From: Parcubacteria group bacterium
GTDB lineage: Bacteria > Patescibacteriota > Minisyncoccia > Moranbacterales > UBA2206
NCBI GenBank assembly: GCA_041659505.1
Contig: JBAZYF010000001.1
Coordinates: forward strand, 35,654-99,653
Reading direction: 5' to 3'
Length of the DNA stretch: 64,000 nucleotides
The notes below the pieces were generated by a model that was not told where the DNA came from, did no database searches, and saw nothing but the letters and a program-made list of their open reading frames with translations. Shown here one piece after another: positions 49,534-58,896 of this stretch; position 1 is the first letter of the stretch; the number at the start of each line of letters is the position of its first letter. The translations under genes were made by a program, and so were the position numbers.

Positions 49534-50142
49534 CTATTTCTTCCCATCATAATCCTTAAGCATTTTCTTCGCTTGATAATTCTTATAGAGCATGACTATA
49601 GCTATTGAAAAAAATGCCAGCGCAAAAATTATCCAGCCGATCCATTCGATGTATTGCTTAATATCCCGCCAGAGATAACCATAGAAATAGCCCATGGCCA
49701 CCAAAAAACCGCTCCAGATTATTCCGCCGTAGACGGAATTTTTCAAAAAAGTGCGAAAGTCCATCTTGGCAATTCCAGCTGCCGCAAAAGTCGCCCAGCA
49801 AAGTCCGGTCGTTGACTTCACGGCAAGAATTGTTTTTCCGCCATGTTTTTTGAAATATTCCTGCATCCGCAAAACTAATTTTTCCGTGATGCCCAAATAT
49901 TTTCCCACATGATGGACAAACCCCATGCCAAATTTGTAGCCCAATGCATAAAGTGCCACATCGCCGATGACGTCGCCTAAAATCGAAAAAAGTAAGACTA
50001 AAAAAACATTAAAAGCGCCCAGTGATGCCAACATCGCCGCAATCACCGTCACGACTGGTCCTTCCACAATCATCAAGGGAAGCATCATCCAATAACCGTA
50101 CTGGTGCAAAAACTGAAAGATATTTTGACCAAGTTGTTCCAT
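49534..50142 (-). CDS. DedA family protein
   Basis: VEGP, GD...YALG; paralog of 42657-43235. Confidence 0.85.
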   Translation of the reverse strand: MEQLGQNIFQFLHQYGYWMMLPLMIVEGPVVTVIAAMLASLGAFNVFLVLLFSILGDVIGDVALYALGYKFGMGFVHHVGKYLGITEKLVLRMQEYFKKHGGKTILAVKSTTGLCWATFAAAGIAKMDFRTFLKNSVYGGIIWSGFLVAMGYFYGYLWRDIKQYIEWIGWIIFALAFFSIAIVMLYKNYQAKKMLKDYDGKK

Positions 50143-50150
50143 ATTTTATC

Positions 50151-50169
50151 GTAGCCTCAAGGGGAGTCG
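50151..50169 (-). repeat. 19-bp duplicate of tRNA-Glu 3' end (att-like)
   Basis: gtagcctcaaggggagtcg also at 50352-50370. Confidence 0.75.
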
Positions 50170-50352
50170 CTCTTCATCCGTCCTTCGGCGTGCCTACGGC
50201 ACATGCCTCACTCCTCCCTCAGAGCCTGGGTTTTCAAAAAAGTGAAGCCCCGTCTGCTTGTCGCAGACAGGCTTTTTGAAATACCCGTCCGACTCTATAA
50301 AAAATTATAGCCCGAAAAACTCTTTGATTGGTACTGCTTTCAAAACAATATG

Positions 50353-50424
50353 TAGCCTCAAGGGGAGTCGGACCCCTCTTTTCAGGATGAAAACCTGATG
50401 TCCTAACCGATAGACGATGAGGCC
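50353..50424 (-). tRNA. tRNA-Glu(TTC)
   Basis: TCAGG-TT-TTC-AT-CCTGA; T-loop reads TCCGACT. Confidence 0.9.
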
Positions 50425-50522
50425 AAAACCAAAACAAAGCAAAACTGCTTTTTTCAACTTATTTATCTAAAAAACATAATATCACAGCTTGAAAAATAAA
50501 TCCAGTGCTTGGCTGAAAAAGT

Positions 50523-50570
50523 AAAAAGCGCCCCGGATCGACTATTAAAAATAGCCGACCGAGGGCGCTT
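50523..50570 (-). terminator. Intrinsic terminator
   Basis: aagcgccc...gggcgctt hairpin. Confidence 0.65.
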
Positions 50571-50589
50571 ATGAAAGCAAAGATCAAAA

Positions 50590-51465
50590 TTATTTCTTTC
50601 GGATTATTCCATAGTCGGGAAAGTCTAGAGATTCTCTCCGATACGCACCTTCTTGATAAATATCCAGACTTTTGACAAACTCAATTTTCTCACTGCCAGC
50701 CTTGCCTTTTTTGGCCGTGTTTTCCAGTACGATAAACATGATATGCCGCCAAACGGCTTTCTGAGTATGCGCACCTTCTTCGCACGATGCTGGTTTTCCA
50801 AAAATAACATCCAGATCATGGTCATATTCTGTCGGCTCAAATAAAAAAAAGCTTTTGGCCAATTTTTTGTTATTAGTCATTTCCTTGATAATCTTCCTCG
50901 CTTCGCCATACACATATCTCCTATACTTTTTCTCTCCTAGGAAACTCAGAAAATTATTCTGAAATGTCTGAGCATCGCGCTCCATAACCCAATAATCCCC
51001 TTTTTTGTATTTTCTATTAAGGATATAGTAGGCTCGGGCATATTCCCGAGAAAGGACAATGGCTTTTCCATAATAACTAAATTGCGTATCGCCTTTAACC
51101 ATAATAGAACGCACGTCTGGCAAGAATTGTGCCGGAGGAGAAAATATAGTGTCCTCCCAGTTAATAGATAGCTGGCGTTCATCTTCGAACACCGGAACCA
51201 TAAAAATTAACTTAGCAAATTTTTTATCCTCCAACGGCTCAATCATATTGCAATCCGGCCGGAGCTTGCCGGTGGTAATATTTGTCTCAATGAAATCAGC
51301 GACGTTGCCTATCTGCTGACTTTCCAACCAAATGGCGACAACATAAAAACTTTCTCGCCATTCTTTCGCAGTCCTTAAATGCCGCTCAACTTCATTGGAA
51401 AGCGCAGATGTGGCAATTGAAACTACCACGATAATAGCCGATAAAAAAACTAATGCTTCCTTCAT
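50590..51465 (-). CDS. Secreted hypothetical protein
   Basis: Signal peptide, SD AAAGGAG, own promoter. Confidence 0.7.
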   Translation of the reverse strand: MKEALVFLSAIIVVVSIATSALSNEVERHLRTAKEWRESFYVVAIWLESQQIGNVADFIETNITTGKLRPDCNMIEPLEDKKFAKLIFMVPVFEDERQLSINWEDTIFSPPAQFLPDVRSIMVKGDTQFSYYGKAIVLSREYARAYYILNRKYKKGDYWVMERDAQTFQNNFLSFLGEKKYRRYVYGEARKIIKEMTNNKKLAKSFFLFEPTEYDHDLDVIFGKPASCEEGAHTQKAVWRHIMFIVLENTAKKGKAGSEKIEFVKSLDIYQEGAYRRESLDFPDYGIIRKK

Positions 51466-51621
51466 GACGCTATCTCCTTTTTATTAGATTTTTTACAATT
51501 ATATGAATTTGTTAATATGCTATTTGGCTTTATATATTACCCTATTTCCCATTAAAAGTCAACAAAAATTGCAATTATGCCCTATCTCAGCTAAGATAAA
51601 AGGATAAACCTGACCAAAATT

Positions 51622-52674
51622 ATGATTATTCTAGGCCTGGAAACATCTTGCGACGAAACTGCGGCTTCCGTTTTGGAAGTGGAGAATGAGCACGTTACCG
51701 TGCTTTCTAGCGTTATTTCCTCCCAAATTGCCCTCCACGCTACTTGGGGCGGTGTCGTTCCTAATTTAGCGGCTAGGGAGCATTTGAAAAATATTTTACC
51801 CGTCATTGGAACAACACTCGAAAAAGCGGGCAAAAAACCCGCGGAAATTGATTTAATGGCCGTCACTAAAGGCCCCGGCCTCATTCCGGCACTACTCATT
51901 GGTACCACAACTGCCAAGACACTTGCCTATCTCTGGCGCGTACCATTGATCGGCATCCATCACATTGAAGGTCACATTTATGCCAATTTTATTTCTACTA
52001 AAAATAATACACTAAAGTTTCCCATTCTGGCGCTCGTTGTTTCTGGCGGTCACACCCAATTGGTTCTGATGAAAAAGCATCTGGACTATGAAATCATCGG
52101 CGAAACGGTCGATGACGCGGTCGGTGAAGCTTTTGACAAAGTGGCGCGCATCTTAGGCTTAGGCTATCCTGGCGGTCCAGCAGTGGCAAACCTAGCTGAC
52201 AAATTCACTGGGGAGAAAAAATTCAAAATCACGCTCCCCCGCCCGATGCTCAAATCGGCTAATTTTAATTTTTCTTTTTCGGGACTCAAAACTGCTGTGC
52301 TATATGCCACTAAGAAAAATCCGGAAAATTTTAAAGATCAAGACTATATTTCCGAAATGTGTCATGAATTTCAGTCGGCCGTAACCGATGTACTGATTGC
52401 CAAAACGATCCGCGCGGCCAAAAAATATGTGCCAAAGACCATCCTGCTGGCTGGCGGAGTAAGCGCGAACACAGCTTTGCGGGAAAAATTAACAGCAACC
52501 ACTGAGAAAGATTTAAAAAATACAATTTGTCTTGTGCCTGAATTTGCCTATAGCCTTGACAATGCCGCGATGATTGCGATGGCTGGATATTACCGCTGGA
52601 AAAATTTGAAAGATAAAAAATCACTGGAAAAAACCTGGCAAGATATGCAGACTAGCGCGAGTTTGAAGATGTAA
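51622..52674 (+). CDS. tsaD: t6A transferase TsaD
   Basis: ETSCDET, HHIEGH, VSGGHT, GEAFDK, DNAAMIA. Confidence 0.97.
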   Translation: MIILGLETSCDETAASVLEVENEHVTVLSSVISSQIALHATWGGVVPNLAAREHLKNILPVIGTTLEKAGKKPAEIDLMAVTKGPGLIPALLIGTTTAKTLAYLWRVPLIGIHHIEGHIYANFISTKNNTLKFPILALVVSGGHTQLVLMKKHLDYEIIGETVDDAVGEAFDKVARILGLGYPGGPAVANLADKFTGEKKFKITLPRPMLKSANFNFSFSGLKTAVLYATKKNPENFKDQDYISEMCHEFQSAVTDVLIAKTIRAAKKYVPKTILLAGGVSANTALREKLTATTEKDLKNTICLVPEFAYSLDNAAMIAMAGYYRWKNLKDKKSLEKTWQDMQTSASLKM

Positions 52675-52681
52675 TTTAGCT

Positions 52682-52836
52682 CCCCTTCGCCCTTAGGGAG
52701 AAGGTGGCCGAAGGCCGGATGAGGGAAAGGGCGTTAGATAAAATTATTACTTTCCTACACAGAACATTTTTATTTTTTAGTATCACCCTTGCCCTCACCT
52801 GTCCTTCGGACATCCTCTCCCGAGGGGAGAAGAGGA
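52682..52836. repeat. REP doublet CCCCTTC...GGGAGAAGG family, copy 2
   Basis: Arms homologous to 20851-21005. Confidence 0.75.
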
Positions 52837-52905
52837 TTTTAATAAAAATTCGTACAAATTCGCCCGCCTTCCGATAGTCAATTAATTCGTAGAAAAAAAT
52901 AATTT

Positions 52906-53346
52906 ATGCTACCATTTTTCGAAGGCATCATTGCCGCCATCGGCGCATTAGTCATCGAACTCAGTCCGCCTATTTTTGGTCTGACACTCATAGAAAATTC
53001 TTTGCTTTTTTTACTGCTTATGGCGAGCGTCGAAGAAATAGTAAAATACACTTTCGTCTATAATCATTACCTAAAATCAAAAAATAAAGAGGATATTCTT
53101 GCGAGTGCCTTTTTCATCGGACTGGGTTTTGCTCTTGTAGACATTTTTACGAAAAAACTAGCCTATGCAAATATTGGATTTTTACCCATTGTTGGCATAT
53201 TAATGATACATCTTACTACTGCCACGCTACTAGGGATATTCTTTAGAAAAATTACTCACAAAACTCTTTATTTCAGTCTCCTATTACTTGGACTAAATAT
53301 AGCGCTACACTTGACTTACAATCTGCTTGTTTTACTCTATCAATAG
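52906..53346 (+). CDS. PrsW-like intramembrane protease
   Basis: EEIVK, GLGFA, H...H.TYN. Confidence 0.65.
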   Translation: MLPFFEGIIAAIGALVIELSPPIFGLTLIENSLLFLLLMASVEEIVKYTFVYNHYLKSKNKEDILASAFFIGLGFALVDIFTKKLAYANIGFLPIVGILMIHLTTATLLGIFFRKITHKTLYFSLLLLGLNIALHLTYNLLVLLYQ

Positions 53347-53375
53347 CCCTTATGGGGGGAAATAAATACATTAAC

Positions 53376-53404
53376 TTGCCAAATACCAACAGTCCCGCTA
53401 TAAT
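53376..53404 (+). promoter_or_regulatory. Promoter
   Basis: TTGCCA-17-TATAAT. Confidence 0.7.
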
Positions 53405-53436
53405 TCAAGCATAATGTAATAAATAATTTTTGAATT

Positions 53437-54000
53437 ATGACCAAAATAAAAAAATCATTTTTAGAAAGATTGACTGGGGCGAGAACGATTGATGATGACA
53501 CCTACCAACCAGAAAGACCAATCTCTCCAAGCGTGAATATGTACGGCAACGAAGAGGAGGAAGTCGAGATGGAAAGAGAGATTTCCGCCCGCTCAATGCA
53601 AAGCCAATATTCACGTGATGATCAAGAAGATGAACGGGAAGAATCTCCTGCGCATGAAATGGAAAGTAATGAGGGGCAATTAACCATTGATGTCTACCAG
53701 ACGGACAATGACATCGTCATCAAATCAACAATCGCTGGGGTAAAGCCAGAAGACCTTGATGTCAGCATCAATAATGACATGCTCACGATTCGCGGAGAGA
53801 GAAAGAATGAGGAGAATGTGATAGAGGAAAATTATTATTACCAAGAATGCTATTGGGGTTCTTTTTCCCGCTCAGTCATATTGCCGATTGATGTGATGGC
53901 CGACAAAATCGAGGCCTCGATGAAAAATGGGATCTTGACCGTGAGAATGCCCAAGGCCGAAAGCAATAAATCAAAAAAAATCCAAGTTCGAGGGTTCTAA
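53437..54000 (+). CDS. Hsp20/alpha-crystallin
   Basis: DVYQT, GSFSRS, NGILTV. Confidence 0.93.
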   Translation: MTKIKKSFLERLTGARTIDDDTYQPERPISPSVNMYGNEEEEVEMEREISARSMQSQYSRDDQEDEREESPAHEMESNEGQLTIDVYQTDNDIVIKSTIAGVKPEDLDVSINNDMLTIRGERKNEENVIEENYYYQECYWGSFSRSVILPIDVMADKIEASMKNGILTVRMPKAESNKSKKIQVRGF

Positions 54001-54026
54001 TCTGAAATCATAATCAGTGTTTTTTA

Positions 54027-54059
54027 AAAACCTCGCTCTTATTGCGGGGTTTTTGTTTT
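54027..54059 (+). terminator. Intrinsic terminator
   Basis: aaaacctcgc...gcggggttttt. Confidence 0.7.
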
Positions 54060-54077
54060 TGATATATCCTTAAAGGT

Positions 54078-55385
54078 ATGAAATCGAGTTATTATTTCAC
54101 TATTTTTTTATTTGCCTTTTTCCTTTTTTCGCCCAGTTGCTCGGCGGAAATGATTGATTTGGGTTTTTTCAACACGCATGAAATATTAAGTAACCAAAAA
54201 ACTGATCTGTCTGTCAAAATCAGAAACGAAAAGGCCATAATTCCGGCGACCGAAGTGGCTGGCTGGTTTCGAGAAAATCCTTCACTAGACTATAGCGCAG
54301 GCTATGGATCAGAAATAGAAAATGGCAACCTTTGCGCCTATAGCAAATCTTTACTTTGCAAATTAGTCTTTAGCTATCGTCAAGAAGCACATTTTAAAAA
54401 AAAAATTCTCATCAGCTTAGACACCGAACTGATGAAAAAATCTATCACCAATCTATCCGATACAGTCAACTCAGATCCGATCAATCCCGGCCTCAAGATT
54501 GAAGACGGAAAAGTGACTCTTTTTTCTCTAAGTAGCAAAGGACTCAAACTGGATGAGGACAAGAGCCTCATAATGCTCATCGATTCGCTCAAAAACAACT
54601 CAACCGCCAGTGAATTAAATCTACCTTACACCGAAATTGATCCGACAGTCACGCAAGATTCCATCGAAAACATGGGGATCAACACTCTGCTCGGCGAAGG
54701 CCATTCTAATTTCAAAGGTTCACCAAAGAATCGGATTTTCAACATCAATGTCGCGACTGATCGCTTCAATGGAGTGCTTATCAAACCGAAAGAGGAATTT
54801 TCTTTTGTCAGTGTCTTAGGTGAAGTTGATGGCGAGCACGGATACCTCCCTGAACTCGTAATCAAACAAGACAAAACTGAACCGGAATTTGGCGGTGGAA
54901 TTTGCCAAGTTTCCACAACAGCTTTTCGCGCCGCGATTTATTCCGGACTGGAAATTACCGCCAGAAGAAACCATGCCTATCCTGTGAGCTACTACAACCC
55001 CCAAGGAATGGACTCCACTGTCTATGTCCCAAAGCCGGACTTGCGCTTCATCAATGACACGCCGGGCTATATCTTGCTTCAAACAAAAATTGAAGGAACG
55101 GAGCTGACTTTCCAATTTTATGGCACGTCGGATGGCAGAAAAACAACTGTGCTTGGTCCGACCATCCTGGAAAGAAATCCTGACGGTTCGATGAAAACCA
55201 CTTTCACGCAACAAGTTTATGACAAAGATAATAACCTGGTTCGTGAAGACGAGTTTAAAAGCAACTACGAATCACCTTCAAAATTTCCGCACCCAGGAGA
55301 AACAACAGGCCTGCTCACTAAAAAACCGAAAAAATGGTCAGATCGCGAATGGCGAGTTTATAAAAAAGAACATGGGATGAACTAA
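54078..55385 (+). CDS. VanW family protein
   Basis: EEFSF, GGGICQVSTT, DLRFIN. Confidence 0.9.
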   Translation: MKSSYYFTIFLFAFFLFSPSCSAEMIDLGFFNTHEILSNQKTDLSVKIRNEKAIIPATEVAGWFRENPSLDYSAGYGSEIENGNLCAYSKSLLCKLVFSYRQEAHFKKKILISLDTELMKKSITNLSDTVNSDPINPGLKIEDGKVTLFSLSSKGLKLDEDKSLIMLIDSLKNNSTASELNLPYTEIDPTVTQDSIENMGINTLLGEGHSNFKGSPKNRIFNINVATDRFNGVLIKPKEEFSFVSVLGEVDGEHGYLPELVIKQDKTEPEFGGGICQVSTTAFRAAIYSGLEITARRNHAYPVSYYNPQGMDSTVYVPKPDLRFINDTPGYILLQTKIEGTELTFQFYGTSDGRKTTVLGPTILERNPDGSMKTTFTQQVYDKDNNLVREDEFKSNYESPSKFPHPGETTGLLTKKPKKWSDREWRVYKKEHGMN

Positions 55386-55470
55386 GCGCCGGTTAAGATT
55401 GACTTAATCTGCTAATTTTGATAAGCTAATATCGCGTTGCCAATGGGCAATTTTTTATCTTGATTACCCT

Positions 55471-55514
55471 GCGCCGGTAGCTTCCGCCCGAGGCGGACAA
55501 GCAACGGATAGAGC
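55471..55514 (+). pseudogene. Decayed 5' tRNA-Arg copy with palindrome
   Basis: gcgccggtagct[tccgcccgaggcgga caag]caacggatagagc. Confidence 0.6.
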
Positions 55515-55554
55515 GTGCGTTAAGCCAAGCTGAAAAAATCAAAAGCAATACCTT

Positions 55555-55627
55555 GCGCCGGTAGCTCAGTGGATAGAGCAGTAGCCTTCTAAGCTATTGG
55601 TCGCAGGTTCGATTCCTGCCCGGCGCA
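55555..55627 (+). tRNA. tRNA-Arg(TCT)
   Basis: GTAGC-CT-TCT-AA-GCTAT. Confidence 0.93.
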
Positions 55628-55641
55628 CACAAAAGAATATC

Positions 55642-55714
55642 GCCCTTATAGCTCAGTTGGTAGAGCAGCTCCCTCTTAAGGAGATGGTCCTAGGTTCAAA
55701 TCCTAGTGAGGGCA
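55642..55714 (+). tRNA. tRNA-Lys(CTT)
   Basis: CT-CTT-AA loop. Confidence 0.9.
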
Positions 55715-55737
55715 CGAGAAGTTAAAGTTTTCAGAGT

Positions 55738-55809
55738 GGTGGCTATAGTTTAGTGGTAAAACTCGGGTTTGTGGTACCTGCGTCGAGAGTTCGATTCTCT
55801 CTAGCCACC
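55738..55809 (+). tRNA. tRNA-His(GTG)
   Basis: TT-GTG-GT loop, G-1/C73. Confidence 0.92.
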
Positions 55810-55843
55810 CCCCTGAAAAGTTTAGACAAGCAAAAAATTAAAT

Positions 55844-55920
55844 GCGCCCTTAGCTCAGCGGATTAGAGCATCTGGCTTCGGACCAGAGGGTCGGGGGTTC
55901 GAGTCCCTCAGGGCGCACCA
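55844..55920 (+). tRNA. tRNA-Arg(TCG)
   Basis: TCTGG-CT-TCG-GA-CCAGA, CCA. Confidence 0.93.
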
Positions 55921-56031
55921 ATACATAAATCATTCCCTAGGATGGGATTTTTTACATAGTCTTACGCGTTACCATAAGGGACTTGAGGGAGATTTAAAAA
56001 AACGCACATAGCCTGTGCGCTTTTTCTTTTT

Positions 56032-56427
56032 TTATTGAGCAGGCTGTGTTTGTGCTTGTTGCTGCAGTTCTGGCTGTTGAGATTGAGGAGGGACTGGCAA
56101 TTGATTAATTCTAAAGATATCATTTGGCTGATCAACTATTTTCACATACTCCTCCGCTCTCTTTTGTGCCTCATCCACAATGTTCTGAAATTTTTTACGA
56201 TTAAATATCACGTCTTTGTCTTTGGTGCTCAAATATTGCGCTCTCTTATCCTCGCTCCATCGCGGAGCATAAACATAGACATACCAAAGATACCCACAAT
56301 AGCCAGCCAGGAAAAAGAACAATAGAAATACCAATTTCTTAAGATTGCGGCTAAAAACACCACCGATCCAAAGAAAAATCTTGCCTGAAGAGATATCCTT
56401 TTTTATGTCTTTTAAATTTAGCATCAT
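56032..56427 (-). CDS. Single-TM pilus-cluster protein
   Basis: Overlaps the upstream gene; last gene of the pil cluster. Confidence 0.65.
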   Translation of the reverse strand: MMLNLKDIKKDISSGKIFLWIGGVFSRNLKKLVFLLFFFLAGYCGYLWYVYVYAPRWSEDKRAQYLSTKDKDVIFNRKKFQNIVDEAQKRAEEYVKIVDQPNDIFRINQLPVPPQSQQPELQQQAQTQPAQ

Positions 56428-57152
56428 TCTGTGTAAACAACTATATTAAATGAACTCTTTAACTCTGAGGTATCATTGGAGCTATCTTCTGAATTATTGA
56501 TGGAATTACTGTTTTGATTTATCGGCGAAAGAAATATCTCCCTTGAAACAGCACTTTTGTCTGTCGCTAAATTTTCATTTTTTATAAAAACTTTCTGCAA
56601 ATCAAAAGAAAGTATATTGACATAGTATTTGCTATTTTCTAGTTTATGAATAAAATTTAAAAATCCAGCATAATTCCCCTCCAAATCAACCCTGATTGAT
56701 ATATATTGCCTGTAAACAAGTTCGCTTTCGATACCTTTCTTTTCATCACTTAGGGCAGCAGAAGTTTTCTTCGCAACAACTTTAGTTTTTGTGTCAGATA
56801 TGGAATTGCCAGAATTATTATCATCCAAAACTTTTAGCACTATCTTATTATCTGTTTCCTGGGCCAGCGCTTCGACATACTCGATAAATTCAACTTTATT
56901 ATTTGAATTGAGAATTGTGCCGACTGCCGATTTATTATTCTCGAAATCCATATTAGCTTTTTCCATCTCCGGTATCTTGCCTACTTTGGCCTTCTCCAAG
57001 CCACTATCAATTATTTTTTCCTGGATCAAGTCTGCCTTAGCCTGAATCATTTTTGTCATCATTAAAAACGACCAATAAAAAAGGGGCGCAATTACAACCA
57101 AAAAAATCATGATTGCTAAAATAATCTTATTTTTTTTCCAAAAATTTTTCAT
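56424..57152 (-). CDS. PilO-like protein
   Basis: TM, coiled coil, GNYAGFLNFIHKLE. Confidence 0.7.
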   Translation of the reverse strand: MKNFWKKNKIILAIMIFLVVIAPLFYWSFLMMTKMIQAKADLIQEKIIDSGLEKAKVGKIPEMEKANMDFENNKSAVGTILNSNNKVEFIEYVEALAQETDNKIVLKVLDDNNSGNSISDTKTKVVAKKTSAALSDEKKGIESELVYRQYISIRVDLEGNYAGFLNFIHKLENSKYYVNILSFDLQKVFIKNENLATDKSAVSREIFLSPINQNSNSINNSEDSSNDTSELKSSFNIVVYTE

Positions 57153-57703
57153 CGTTTCTTAATACAATTTTCCTTTATGCCTAAATCTATTTGGAATGCG
57201 ATGTCTTCTTTGGAAACCAAATCAGACAGTGGCAGATTGACATTTTCAAAGCATTCTTCCTTGCTCAAATTGTCCCTAAATGAAAGCAAATCGTCACGCG
57301 TCTTTGCCTTTCCCATAAGATGGACCGAAAAATCCTTCGTAGACAATCCGATGATTTCAATACTGTGAGGTGTCGCGCGATTCAACATTAGAAAAAAATT
57401 TGACCAATAGAGCTGCCCGGAGGAAATAGCAGAAATTTTTGTCAGCTTTGCGTTTATTTCAGAAAATTTATTTTCATAGTAGGCGATTGTTTGATATTGC
57501 GCCCCGTTCAAATTATTACCCATTATTTCGGAATTGGCCTGGAGGTCGAACCTTAAAAGATAGTCAATTCCAAAAATAAACGTGAAGAAAACTAAACCAG
57601 TACAAAAAAATACAATTTCCCAGCCCAAAACTGACCGAAATCTTTCATTTTTCAAAATCTCATCCTTTTTGTCTTGTGGTAATAGATTAATGCCTATTTT
57701 CAT
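57149..57703 (-). CDS. pilN: PilN-like protein
   Basis: INLLP motif, TM, G.A. Confidence 0.85.
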   Translation of the reverse strand: MKIGINLLPQDKKDEILKNERFRSVLGWEIVFFCTGLVFFTFIFGIDYLLRFDLQANSEIMGNNLNGAQYQTIAYYENKFSEINAKLTKISAISSGQLYWSNFFLMLNRATPHSIEIIGLSTKDFSVHLMGKAKTRDDLLSFRDNLSKEECFENVNLPLSDLVSKEDIAFQIDLGIKENCIKKR

Positions 57704-58766
57704 AGTCTTTTTTTCTCATTGCGAGACCGATTGCTGTTGCGAATTGCAAGGATCTTTCTTTGTTGATTATTGGCAAGCGGGAACCGAAATCCAAATTCAC
57801 CCATGGGTCTCCGATACAGATTCCATGCCCCAATCTCTTCGCTAGATACGGCACCAATCCTTTCAAGCTAGCTCCTCCGCAAATGATAATTCTGTCAACA
57901 TCCTTGGATACGGTATTGATGTTTTGGTAAAAATCTATAGTTTTTTCTATTTCCACAGAAAGTCCTTCTAGATAGGATCTTATAGAATTAAAAACCGAAT
58001 CATCGTCATGACAGCAACCCACTCCTTGAGAGATCTTTATCTTCTCCGCCTCTTCATTGTTGATTCCCAACGTCTTAGCGATTGCATCAGTTACACCATT
58101 AGAGGAGAATGGGATACTTGAAGAAAAAAATGGCAAATTATCCTCCGCAACAACAAAATTAGTTCGCCTAGAGCCCAGGTCAACAATCAAAGAAACGCGC
58201 CCTTCCTCCGTCGATCCATTGATCAAACTTCTGGCTGTCGCGATTGATTCCGCTTCAAGCCCATGAACTTCTATGCCAGCTAGTTCGAATACCTCCAAAA
58301 GATCATCAATAATTTCTTTGGAAATAGCTACAGTTAAAATGTTTTGTTTACCTGCGAAATTTCCAATCAGCTGCCAATCATAGTAAACTTGATCTACGGA
58401 GAGCGGGATGCTTGCCTCAATTTCCCATTTAATCGCCTCGCCGATCTCGGATTGTTCCATGTTTGGAATAGAAATGACGCGCAAAAAAACTTTCGACTCG
58501 GGCAAAGAACAAAAAGCTTTTTTGGTATTTATTTTTTTTGGCCCAACACCAGCCACTGCCGATCTCAATGCCGCCGCCACTTTTTGCTTGTCCACTATGC
58601 GCCCCTCTTCCATGCTCCCAGCGGGGATAGGCGCGACAGCATAGCTCCTGATACGATCATGCGCCCCATCACTTTCCAATTGCAGCACTTTCACGAAAAG
58701 ATCTCCCAGATCAACACCAAAATACTTATCTTCAAAATTTATTACATTTTTTTTAAAAAAATTCAT
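57687..58766 (-). CDS. pilM: Type IV pilus assembly protein PilM
   Basis: GVDLG, VDLG, CGG, A.AIGLA. Confidence 0.92.
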   Translation of the reverse strand: MNFFKKNVINFEDKYFGVDLGDLFVKVLQLESDGAHDRIRSYAVAPIPAGSMEEGRIVDKQKVAAALRSAVAGVGPKKINTKKAFCSLPESKVFLRVISIPNMEQSEIGEAIKWEIEASIPLSVDQVYYDWQLIGNFAGKQNILTVAISKEIIDDLLEVFELAGIEVHGLEAESIATARSLINGSTEEGRVSLIVDLGSRRTNFVVAEDNLPFFSSSIPFSSNGVTDAIAKTLGINNEEAEKIKISQGVGCCHDDDSVFNSIRSYLEGLSVEIEKTIDFYQNINTVSKDVDRIIICGGASLKGLVPYLAKRLGHGICIGDPWVNLDFGSRLPIINKERSLQFATAIGLAMRKKDYENRH

Positions 58767-58896
58767 GAGCTTTCTGTAAATTATCTACTATAATAAGAGG
58801 ATGGATGAGTTGTTATACGCATTGCAAATAAAAAATAAACTACGATTGCTAATTTAAGTATAGCACACTTTTTGTATTTGTATTTGTATTTTTATT

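Noticed and set aside
51557-51603. Further copy of the -27 promoter motif
   Set aside because: Only a weak partial match (gctaagataaaagg)
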